Below, piece by piece: positions 1-11,500 of a stretch of 64,000 nucleotides of DNA. Source of the stretch: Macrostomum lignano (lineage: Eukaryota); the NCBI GenBank assembly GCA_002269645.1, contig NIVC01001196.1, positions 1-64,000 of the forward strand. The letters run 5' to 3'. The notes under the pieces were generated by a model that was not told the origin of the DNA, searched no databases, and saw only the letters and a list, made by a program, of their open reading frames with translations. Position numbers and translations under genes: made by a program. Each line of letters starts with the position of its first letter. The first letter of the stretch is position 1.

Positions 1-1717
1 CAGCGCAGCTTGTCTGCGATTGCGAATCAGCACGGCGCAGAAGAATTGCCACAGCGACGAGCATGAAGATCGTGGCGAATGTTGCCAAAGTTAACAGCAG
101 TGGCAGCTTGGTGGTCTTTCATTCGCGATCCAGATTGGCGTTTTAAAACAGTAATGTTATATAGCATCCTTCAGGTCAAGTTGATCCTAGGCTTATTAAA
201 TCGTTCTGACATAATAACAAACCTAAACTTATAGAGAATCGATTTGTCTATGTTAAAAAAAAATCCAACACAACTCAGCATTTAAAAAGACTAAGGGAGG
301 GACTTCTAAATATAGCCTTACACATTTTATATACAGATGCTATATACAGAAGTCCTTTACAAAGGACCTTGAAGCCCCGACAAAGTAAGCCTGTCTCTTA
401 CTAAAATACAATTCACTCTGCCTGTTCGCCTTGTCTGTATTCCATTGTGATAAGACTTGCGGAAGTTATGAATAGCTCATCTCCGCTACCATAGACAACG
501 GAATTCTAGCGCCAGTTTATCTCCGGCGGAGAAATTAATCTCCGCTCCCTATAATATAGTTCCATCACGGCTCACAGATAAAATCTAAGAACATACGAGT
601 CAGCAGGTCAGCAGGTCGCAAACAGTGGATGATGTGGCCTGCCACTTTGAGTCGCCGACGGAGCAACAATGTCGCTTTGCCGACGCACAGCCATCAAGTG
701 CCGCACTAGTGACTCGTTCATCGACAATCTTGAAGGCGGCGCGCGCCGCAGGTCAGTTTGCGCAGCGTCAACCTGCTTGACATGTTGCAGGACGGTCTCG
801 ACCATGCCCATGGCTTGAAACAACGCGACCCTCCCTGCGGTCAGGCACGACAGATGCCCTTGCACGACAGGAACCAGACCGACAAGCAAGACGAACTGCT
901 GATATTGCGGAAGTTCCATTGCCTCTACGTCTGTTCCTACGCAACTACGTAATATGCATTCGGGAAGTTTAGCAAATCCCTTCGTGGCTGAATACTTCCA
1001 GAAACTAAACGAATCATTTTCAAGCATTTCAAGCATGAATGAATCATGGCTAATGTAGAAACATTTTATTGCAGAAAATATCGCTCATAAGTCGTAAAAC
1101 ACCCCCTCTCCCAGTGTTTTCTTCCTTTTACGAGTATTACGTCTGTGGGCTTTGCAACCACTGCCTAACCAGTTTGCCTTCTAGCTGACATCCCGGCAGA
1201 GAAGCAAACCCTCGGCAAAGCCGGTTGTTGCGGAGAAGGAAGAATGCTTTTTTCAGACCCAGTACAGCCTAAATAATCCTCTATCGCTCTATCGGGAAAG
1301 CCTATCTTCATTGCTACGCTAGAAAACGCGCAGTCATTCGTCAAAAATTGGTATTATCCGCATTCTGCGCGCCTCGCTATCTGCTTTGCGTCCCCAACAG
1401 TCTCTACTAGGATCGCCAGCGCAATTCATTTAACTTTCCGCTTTCTCCTCTGTTGTTCAGCCTTCAACTGCGCAGTTTGATGGAACCAAAGCAGCTGTGG
1501 GCGAATCAGGAGAATTGCTGCAACTGTAGCAGAAATCGAGACCTTAAATTGTTTACGGTAGAGGGTTGGGGAATTTTCCGTCGGATAAAATAGTGCTTGT
1601 AGACCAGGTTGTCAAAGTACTCAGTGCAACTCTAACTGTGGCTCCAATAACAACCAAATTGCTGCTTCTGACACCACAGTGACGCTAAAAATTACGCTTT
1701 AAAAATGACCCAAAGCG

Positions 1718-2980
1718 GCTCTTCTGTCACTACAGTGACTCTTCTGACACCACAGTGACTCTTCTGTCACTACAGTGACTCTTCTGACACCACAGTGACT
1801 CTTCTGACACCACAGTGGCTCTTCTGACACCACAGTGACTCTTCTGACACTACAGTGACTCTTCTGACACCAAAGTGACTCTTCTGACACCAAAGTGACT
1901 CTTTTATCACCACAGTGGCTCTTCTGAAACCAAAGTGACTCTTCTATCACCATAGTGACTCTTCTGACACAAAAGTGACTCTTTTATCACCATAGTGACT
2001 CTTCTGACACCACAGTGGCTCTTCTGAAACCAAAGTGACTCTTTTATCACCATAGTGACTCTTCTGACACCGAAGTGACTCTTCTGAAACCAAAGTGACT
2101 CTTTTATCACCATAGTGACTCTTCTGACACCAAAGTGACTCTTCTGACACCAAAGTGACTCTTCTGACACCACAGTGACTCTTCTGACACCAAAGTGACT
2201 CTTCTGACACCAAAGTGACTCTTCTGACACTACAGTGACTCTTCTGACACCATAGTGACTCTTCTGACACCAAAGTGACTCTTCTGACACCATAGTGACT
2301 CTTCTGACACCAAAGTGACTCTTCTGACACCACAGTGGCTCTTCTGAAACCAAAGTGACTCTTTTATCACCATAGTGACTCTTCTGACACCAAAGTGACT
2401 CTTTTATCACCATAGTGACTCTTCTGACACCAAAGTGACTCTTTTATCACCATAGTGACTCTTCTGACACCAAAGTGACTCTTTTATCACCATAGTGACT
2501 CTTCTGACACCAAAGTGACTCTTTTATCACCACAGTGGCTCTTCTGAAACCAAAGTGACTCTTCTATCACCATAGTGACTCTTCTGACACCAAAGTGACT
2601 CTTTTATCACCATAGTGACTCTTCTGACACCACAGTGGCTCTTCTGAAACCAAAGTGACTCTTTTATCACCATAGTGACTCTTCTGACACCGAAGTGACT
2701 CTTCTGAAACCAAAGTGACTCTTTTATCACCATAGTGACTCTTCTGACACCAAAGTGACTCTTTTGACATCACAGTGACTCTTCTGACACCAAAGTGACT
2801 CTTTTGACATCACAGTGACTCTTCTGACACCAAAGTGACTCTTCTATCACCATAGTGACTCTTCTGAAACCAAAGTGACTCTTTTATCACCATAGTGACT
2901 CTTCTGACACCAAAGTGACTCTTTTGACATCACAGTGACTCTTTTATCACCGCAGTGACTCTTCTGACACCACAGTGACG
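1718..2980. repeat. Minisatellite, ~20-bp unit (AGTGACTCTTCTGACACCAA and variants)
   Basis: About 60 tandem copies visible directly; the overlapping ORFs are repeat artefacts. Confidence 0.95.
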
Positions 2981-3829
2981 CCTAAAGTGACATTTCTCAG
3001 AGTGACATCACAGAGATTAAAAACGGGATTCGTGAAATTACGATTCAGAAAACAAAGTTCAAAACTGTTAACAGCTACAAAATATTGAGAGCAGTCAGAA
3101 TCATGAGCTTGTTAAGTTAAAAAACTAGTTTACTACTTATGAGCTATAAGCAGTAGTAATTGCAAGCCTAATTTTAAATAAGAATAAAATAGTACGTGTA
3201 TGTTACTCTTCCCTGTTGATTTGGTTTATAAACTGTAGAAGAGCAGTCTACAGTAACTGCAGAGTATATCCTTATATTTCTCTTTAATGCTCTAGATCCG
3301 ATGTAAGCTATACTCCGCTCACTCTGCCTGGTACTTTTAGGTCTCCCTTAGCAACGGAAACAGTTGCGACAATAAAAAAGCGAGCATCCAGCTGCAGTTG
3401 AGCGGTCCCGCACTGGTAATTAATTATCTTCCCTCAGTTGCTAGACGACTTTAAAAATCACGTGAAAATCCTGCCCGACAAGGAATAAACAGTCTACTCC
3501 ACAGCGTACCTGGCTGTACAATTGTACTCTCAAACGATCCCTGTACACCGAAGTTCCCTTTTCTCTCCCTAGGCGTACAATCGTGCTCACTATGCTCAGT
3601 CATTCATTCAGCCTCCTCCCGTGAGCAGCTTTTCTCTTCTAAATGGGTAGGCAAAAAGCAAAGCAGTAAACTCACTTTTTACCCCGTCAAACCCGGATGG
3701 TTTCTGAGAGTGAGGTTATTTTTAACGATGTTTTTGGCAAAAATTTATTGTTCGTGCGAGCCATATGAGTTTGAAGACTGACTAATCCGACAATACATGC
3801 AGCTTTTTACCCGTACTGCCGGTTCCCAT

Positions 3830-3992
3830 AGCTGCAAGCGTACTCGTCTGGCTCGGACTCCCGCTCTAATCACTGGTCGGGGGTTCGACTCCCGATCTTA
3901 ACTAAAAACGATTTGTGTCCTTAAGCAAGACACTTAACTCTGCATTGCTTCAGTTCACCCAGCTGTAAAATGGGTGCCAGCATTAGCTGGGG
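3830..3992 (+). mobile_element. tRNA-derived SINE copy (CORE-like body)
   Basis: B-box GGGTTCGACTCCC followed by TGTGTCCTTAAGCAAGACACTTAACTCTGCATTGCTTCAGTTCACCCAGCTG; a homologous copy lies inverted at ~40374-40538. Confidence 0.65.
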
Positions 3993-4149
3993 TAATTGAG
4001 GGTGTGTGTGGCGACCCCCCCCCCCAGTCCTTTGTCCTTATGCAGCCTTCAGATGCGCCATGCAATAGCTGCGGCTGAGCTGTCGGTTGCACATCTGTCC
4101 ATTAAGGCAGGTGCAATCAATTATTATATTATTATTGCTGTTACTGGCT

Positions 4150-7100
4150 CACTGGCGTCGCCATGGATTTTATGGTGAAGGGGACAAAGCCAAGAATTCA
4201 ACATGTACATGACTAAATTCCTACAATTCCATTATTTTGAAAATCGTGTTGTCAGCGCTCATTTTGGCGCCGCAGGCACTCATTTGGGCGCCGCAGGCAC
4301 TCATTTTAGCGCCGCAGGCATTCATTTTGGCGCCGAAGGCACTCCTTTTAGCGCCCGCAGGCATTCATTTGGGCGCCGCAGCCACTCATTTTGGCGCCGC
4401 AGGCACTCATTTTGGCACCGCAAGCACTCATTTGGGCGCCGCAGGCACTCATTTTAGCGCCGCAGGCATTCATTTTGGCGCCGCAGGCACTCATTTTGGC
4501 GCCGCAGCCACTCATTTTGGCGCCGCAGGCACTCATTTGGGCGCCGCAGGCACTCATTTTGGCACCGCAAGCACTCATTTGGGCGCCGCAGGCACTCCTT
4601 TTAGCGCCCGCAGGCATTCATTTTGGCGCCGCAGGCACTCCTTTTAGCGCCGCAGGCACTCATTTGGGCGGCGCAGGCACTCCTTTTAGCGCCCGCAGGC
4701 ATTCATTTTGGCGCCGAAGGCACTCCTTTTAGCGCCGCAGGCATTCATTTGGGCGCCGCAGCCACTCATTTTGGCGCCGCAGGCACTCATTTTGGCACCG
4801 CAAGCACTCATTTGGGCGCCGCAGGCACTCCTTTTAGCGCCCGCAGGCATTCATTTTGGCGCCGAAGGCACTCCTTTTAGCGCCGCAGGCATTCATTTGG
4901 GCGCCGCAGGCACTCCTTTTAGCGCCCGCAGGCACTCGTTTTAGCGCCCGCAGGCATTCATTTTGGCGCCGCAGGCACTCATTTTGGCGCCGAAGGCACT
5001 CCTTTTAGCGCCGAAGGCACTCCTTTTTAGCGCCCGCAGGCATTCATTTTGGCGCCGCAGGCACTCCTTTTAGCGCCGCAGGCACTCATTTTGGCGCCGA
5101 AGGCACTCCTTTTAGCGCCCGCAGGCATTCATTTTAGCGCCGAAGGCACTCCTTTTAGCGCCGAAGGCACTCCTTTTAGCGCCCGCAGGCATTCATTTTG
5201 GCGCCGCAGGCACTCATTTGGGCGCCGCAGGCACTCATTTTGGCGCCGAAGGCACTCCTTTTAGCGCCCGCAGGCATTCATTTTGGCGCCGCAGGCACTC
5301 CTTTTAGCGCCCGCAGGCATTCATTTGGGCGGCGCAGGCACTTCTTTTAGCGCCTCAGGCACTCATTTGGGCGCCGCAGGCACTCCTTTTAGCGCCGAAG
5401 GCACTCCTTTTAGCGCCCGCAGGCATTCATTTTGGCGCCGCAGGCACTCATTTTGGCGCCGCAGGCACTCCTTTTAGCGCCGAAGGCACTCCTTTTAGCG
5501 CCGCAGGCACTCATTTGGGCGGCGCAGGCACTCCTTTTAGCGCCCGCAGGCATTCATTTTGGCGCCGCAGGCACTCCTTTTAGCGCCGAAGGCACTCCTT
5601 TTAGCGCCCGCAGGCATTCATTTTGGCGCCGCAGGTACTCATTTGGGCGCCGCAGGCACTCATTTTGGCGCCGAAGGCACTCCTTTTAGCGCCCGCAGGC
5701 ATTCATTTTGGCGCCGCAGGCACTCCTTTTAGCGCCGCAGGCACTCATTTTGGCGCCGAAGGCACTCCTTTTAGCGCCCGCAGGCATTCATTTGGGCGGC
5801 GCAGGCACTCATTTTGGCGCCGCAGGCACTCCTTTTAGCGCCCGCAGGCATTCATTTTGGCGCCGAAGGCACTCCTTTTAGCGCCCGCAGGCATTCATTT
5901 TGGCGCCGCAGGCACTCCTTTTAGCGCCCGCAGGCATTCATTTTGGCGCCGAAGGCACTCCTTTTAGCGCCTCAGGCACTCATTTTGGCGCCGCAGGCAC
6001 TCCTTTTAGCGCCGCAGGCATTCATTTTGGCGCCGAAGGCACTCCTTTTAGCGCCCGCAGGCATTCATTTTGGCGCCGAAGGCACTCCTTTTAGCGCCCG
6101 CAGGCATTCATTTTGGCGCCGAAGGCACTCCTTTTAGCGCCCGCAGGCATTCATTTTGGCGCCGAAGGCACTCCTTTTAGCGCCGCAGGCATTCATTTGG
6201 GCGGCGCAGGCACTCCTTTTAGCGCCGCAGGCACTCATTTTGGCGCCGCAGGCACTCCTTTTAGCGCCGAAGGCACTCCTTTTAGCGCCGCAGGCACTCA
6301 TTTGGGCGGCGCAGGCACTCATTTTGGCGCCGCAGGCACTCATTTGGGCGCCGCAGGCACTCCTTTTAGCGCCGAAGGCACTCCTTTTAGCGCCCGCAGG
6401 CAATTATTTTGGCGCCGCAGGCACTCCTTTTAGCGTCGCAGGCATTCATTTGGGCGGCGCAGGCACTCATTTTGGCGCCGAAGGCACTCCTTTTAGCGCC
6501 GCAGGCACTCATTTTGGCGCCGAAGGCACTCCTTTTAGCGCCCGCAGGCATTCATTTGGGCGGCGCAGGCACTCATTTTGGCGCCGCAGGCACTCCTTTT
6601 AGCGCCCGCAGGCATTCATTTTGGCGCCGAAGGCACTCCTTTTAGCGCCCGCAGGCATTCATTTTGGCGCCGAAGGCACTCCTTTTAGCGCCGCAGGCAC
6701 TCATTTTAGCGCCGCAGGCACTCCTTTTAGCGCCCGCAGGCATTCATTTTAGCGCCGCAGGCACTCCTTTTAGCGCCGCAGGCACTCATTTTGGCGCCGC
6801 AGGCACTCCTTTTAGCGCCCGCAGGCATTCATTTTGGCGCCGAAGGCACTCCTTTTAGCGCCGCAGGCACTCATTTTGGCGCCGCAGGCACTCCTTTTAG
6901 CGCCCGCAGGCATTCATTTTGGCGCCGCAGGCACTTATTTGGGCGCCGCAGGCACTCATTTTGGCGCCGCAGGCACTCCTTTTAGCGCCCGCAGGCATTC
7001 ATTTTGGCGCCGCAGGCACTCCTTTTAGCGCCGCAGGCACTCATTTTGGCGCCGCAGGCACTCCTTTTAGCGCCCGCAGGCATTCATTTTGGCGCCGAAG

Positions 7101-7560
7101 GCACTCCTTTTAGCGCCCGCAGGCATTCATTTTGGCGCCGCAGGCACTCCTTTTAGCGCCTCAGGCACTCATTTTGGCGCCGAAGGCACTCCTTTTAGCG
7201 CCGCAGGCATTCATTTGGGCGCCGCAGGCACTCCTTTTAGCGCCCGCAGGCACTCGTTTTAGCGCCCGCAGGCATTCATTTGGGCGCTGCAGGCACTCCT
7301 TTTAGCGCCTCAGGCATTCATTTGGGCGGCGCAGGCACTCATTTGGGCGGCGCAGGCACTCATTTGGGCGGCGCAGGCACTCCTTTTAGCGCCGCAGGCA
7401 CTCATTTGGGCGGCGCAGGCACTCCTTTTAGCGCCGCAGGCACTCATTTGGGCGCCGAAGGTGCTATATTTTGGCCCCCTGAAGAAAAATTATTGATTAC
7501 CACAATGAGTCACAAGGTGAGGCGTGGGGGGACAAAGCATTGGCTCGTAATAATGTAATA
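4150..7560. mobile_element. Non-autonomous DNA element carrying a 21-22-bp minisatellite (GGCGCCGCAGGCACTCATTTT, 4257-7460)
   Basis: Left end CACTGGCGTCGCCATGGATTTTATGGTG matches the reverse complement of the 61038 end of the 59939-61038 element; the sub-terminal GGGGACAAAGC motif and the repeat unit are shared; right boundary approximate. Confidence 0.6.
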
Positions 7561-8586
7561 ATAATCATATTCACAGGAGGGTTTACGGGCACCCTGGCGC
7601 AAATATTTCGGTGTCCTCGTCTCATAGCTATCGCTGAGGCCATTTTGCTGATTTCTGAGCACATATGAGAGCGCCAATACTGAACGCAGTCATGCACTTA
7701 AGTAATTTGATTTAAGGCAACGCATTTGCATTTTTGTTAGCTAGAATGTCGTCTGTCTACTGAATTGGAGCTAATATTTCTCATTTAAATCTCTTTCTTT
7801 CTGGAATACTAAAGATTTCCGTTGCAGCAAATTTTATCTTCCATTTTATTAGAAGTTATTTCGCCCTAGTTTTCTGACATAAAAATGAATAAAATAGCCG
7901 TTAATTTGTCTCAATGGAAGTTCAGCGCAAACTGAAGACTTAATTTGAACAAGTTTGCATAGTCAAAAGCGTTATAAAACCGAACGCTCTCACAGAAAGT
8001 TGCCTCTCTGGGAAAGTATTTGACGCGTTTATTGTGGGTGATAATTTACAAGCCAAGTTTTAGTAAAGGAAACTCACCGAGAGCAGTAGTGGGACAGTGG
8101 GACGCTCCCAAGCAGCTTTGAGTTTCTTGATCTACCGTGCGTTATTTAGCTGAGCTGGACAAAAAATAGCTTTATTGTTGTGTGAATTTGTACTGTTTGA
8201 TTCAGCCCACAGTAAATACCTAAGCGAGAAAAACATAGAAAAAGAGCACAGCACATTCATGTATGTAAATATGAAAGTAGAATATGTCAAATCAAATAAA
8301 CTTCATACATCAATATACTTCTCTGTAGGGGATAAGACGAGAAAATACATGTATCAGCGTGCGAAATGATGTACAGTATCTGCTTTTTGTCTTCGATTCG
8401 TTAAGTAGAAGTTTATCCGGCAAGCAACATCAGCTCGTATTGCGATTTGCGATTTATCTCAGAAGCCACATGCCAGAAAAAGAGATTCCAGTTAGCAGGG
8501 TTGGTGACATCACACCTGCAATTTGCAAGCAGCGCTTTAGTTACAGAACTCTGGGCTCAAGTCGCTGAGTAACCAATTCTACTTAC

Positions 8587-11500
8587 TTAATCCGGGAACC
8601 GCTGTCGAGTTTTGGTTCGATAGACGAGCAGTTTCCAAATGGCAACGGGTTCCTGAATTTATTCAATCGATTTTTAAGACCAATTTTCTACTAAACAGAG
8701 GAAGTGTTACTGTTTCAGATATATTACCTGTATAACGGCCTGTACAGCTACAGGTAAAGTACGGATCGGTGTACGCCAGAGTGCAGGTGCCGCCATTCAG
8801 GCACACAGGCAGCTCAGTGATGCCCTTGTCAGGCTGCAGGGTGAAGCAGTAGTCTGCAGCAGCTGAGCAGTACGGTGCGATGTAGGGCAGCGGGCAGAGG
8901 CAGGGCGGGCTGGCTGTGTAGTTGTTGCAGGTGCCGCCGTTGTAGCAGGTGACTGTTGAGCAGTTCGCAGCCTGAGTTTGAGCTGCAACGAGGTTGTTTA
9001 AAAACTAGTAGTAGGAGTTAGCAGAACACGGCCGCAGGAAATTCCGTGGAAATTCCGTCACTGGTTTACGTACTGGAGAGATGGCTCCTAGAGCCCTGAT
9101 CGCCTAAAACTTACAAGCCTTCGCTGAGTAGCAGGTATGGGGGAAGGATGAGCATTGCAACTACATGTATAGGATTTCATGTAAGCATAAAGCAGCGGTA
9201 GGAGCAGAAAAACGAGAAGCGCGTATGAATAAAATAAATAGTGGGTGCTGTGCGTATGTATATGGCCGTGTCTGACTTTTAAGATGGTATAGAGATGCAA
9301 CTGTTTTTTAATCATTTATGTATAGTAGAAGATACTGAAATTATAATAGGCTCGTATGCTTTTAAAAATTTGCCAATTCGCAGGTTTTTGTTTGCTTACT
9401 CTTTCGGCCTGGAGCTTCTTTTTTGCAAAGTATGGCTGCGCCTTCTTTAGAGATCAATTAAGTTGTAAACTGATTTAAGGTAGCCTTGAATTTTCTCCCC
9501 CTCCAGATAACGCATTGCAGCGAAGTGATATCGGGGTTGTCTGGCTGGCTCGATAGGGGCAATAAAGTTTTGGACTATTACTGTTAAAGATTATATTCCA
9601 AGTTGTTTTCGTCATAAAGCAACGGTTTCTATTATGCATGCGTCGGCATAACGTTTTGAAAAAGGACGAAATGGGCCCTTTCGTTTTTATAAGATAATTT
9701 AATCTTGAGGCCGAGGGTATATGGAGTCTACACTGGCTGCTTGTATTTACTTGTGAATAAAAGACCATTATAAACGTATAACGCTATGCATTGAACTGGA
9801 TCCTATATAAGATCTGCTGGCCCGTTACTGCTGATAGTAAATTTGAAAAGAATATAAATAGAGAGGAGCAGCAGCTGAAGATCAAGTAGCGATTATTAGT
9901 GAATGATTTCAAATTAGAATGTCGTCCGATTGGCAATACGAGGTGTGCATGACTTGTAAAAAATGCAAACAAGGTGGACTCCGACCGGGTCGACATAAAA
10001 ACTGCACGAACGTGACGAAGTGGAGTGTCTGCTGGCAGTGCTCAAAGGTTTCTCTATATGAAGCGAAGAAGAGCGCTAAGCAATCTAAGGCTCATCGGGG
10101 TCACCAATTGCTGCCTGGGACTAAAGACACAGCGCGATCTTTTCGACGAATGGTAATGGGAGCGGCGAGGCGACACATGGAGCATCAAACGGCGGAAGTG
10201 GCAGCAGCCAAGCAGCGATCGAGCGTGCTCAGTCAAGTAATTAATGGTGTAATTCAAGCTCGAAACGACAGCCTAAGTTCCAGCGATGAGTTCGTAGACG
10301 TAAATACTAGAGAACCCTCGATACTTCCTCAGCCAAACAATGGAATGGAAACTGAGACAGCTGACGCAGTGCAAGCCATTGTACCTATTAGACGTGCTCC
10401 ATCCATAAGAGGCAAGCAAATGGTTCAAATCGATAGTTCGATGATTGAAGAAGAAGGCGACGAGATGGAGGAGGACATCGAACTTGACGGCTTTGCTTCT
10501 GCTGCTGCTGGTGTCCCGGTTGGTGCCGACTCAGCTGCTGCTGCTAGTGTCCCGGTTGGCGCCGACTCAGCTGCTGCTGCTGGTGTCCCGGTTGGCGCCG
10601 ACTCTGCTGCTGCTGCTGGTGTCCCGGTTGGCGCCGACTCTGCTGCTGCTGCTGGTGTCCCGGTTGGCGCCGACTCAGCTGCTGCTGCTGGTGCCCCGGT
10701 TGGCGCCGACTCAGCTGCTGCTGCTGGTGTCCCGGTTGACGCCGACTCAGCTGCTGCTGCTGGTGTCCCGGTTGACGCCGACTCTGCTGCTGAGGCTGGT
10801 ATCCCGGTTGGCGCCGACTCTGCTGCTTCAACCAAAATTCCAGCCACAGTCACTGATGCAGCTGTTACTGTTGCAAATGGTCATGATGAGCTCAATGAGC
10901 TGCTAGCATCCATCGACCTGCCAACGACGACGATGACGCCGGCAAATGTTGCTGATATTAATGAAAATGCTGGTGCTAACTATTTTACTTTAAATCTGCT
11001 ATTGCCGCACGTGAGTGGAGTGGCTATGTTGTGCAAGTTGACGGCAATAAAATCACTCTTACCCCGATGTAATTTCCTATTTTATTTTCTCTGTACTCAT
11101 ACAAATTCGTTTTTATTTGGGTTGGTGTGGAGTGTGGACGTTGGTTACAATATATTAGAACCGTGGGTTGGTAAAGCATTCATGAGGATATTGGAGTAGA
11201 AAAAGAAATACTTGTGTGTGTGCACTATCCAAATATTAATATTCAAACGAAACCCATATCAGCTTCTGTTTTGCTCGTAATGGTTTTCAGGACTACTTCA
11301 AATGCTAGGGTGTGTTGCTATAGGGGATATAGGTTGATTAAATGGTTTTTATGATGTACTTTTCACCTAATATAATTGCTTAATAAACTTATTTAATGTT
11401 TCGAACTATTGCTCAGTGTTTTTTATACTTCTGCATGCATGCTGCAATTTCAAATGAAGCTTTTCGAGATAAGCGTGAATCAAACCAAATCAAATTTCAA

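Noticed and set aside
1-122. Minus-strand hydrophobic stretch (KTTKLPLLLTLATFATIFMLVAVAILL) resembling the signal exon of a further gene
   Set aside because: The nearest ATG is out of frame by one base and the rest lies outside the window, so it cannot be supported
608-1036. 142-aa minus-strand ORF with a faint hAT dimerisation-like flavour (FWK...RLS.E)
   Set aside because: No diagnostic motif, TIR or splice context; could be chance
1718-2980. Regular repeat resembling a CRISPR array
   Set aside because: No unique spacers, no cas genes, eukaryotic context
1699-7558. Many ORFs of the SEESLWCQK and APQALIL type
   Set aside because: Stop-free reading of minisatellites in several frames, not genes
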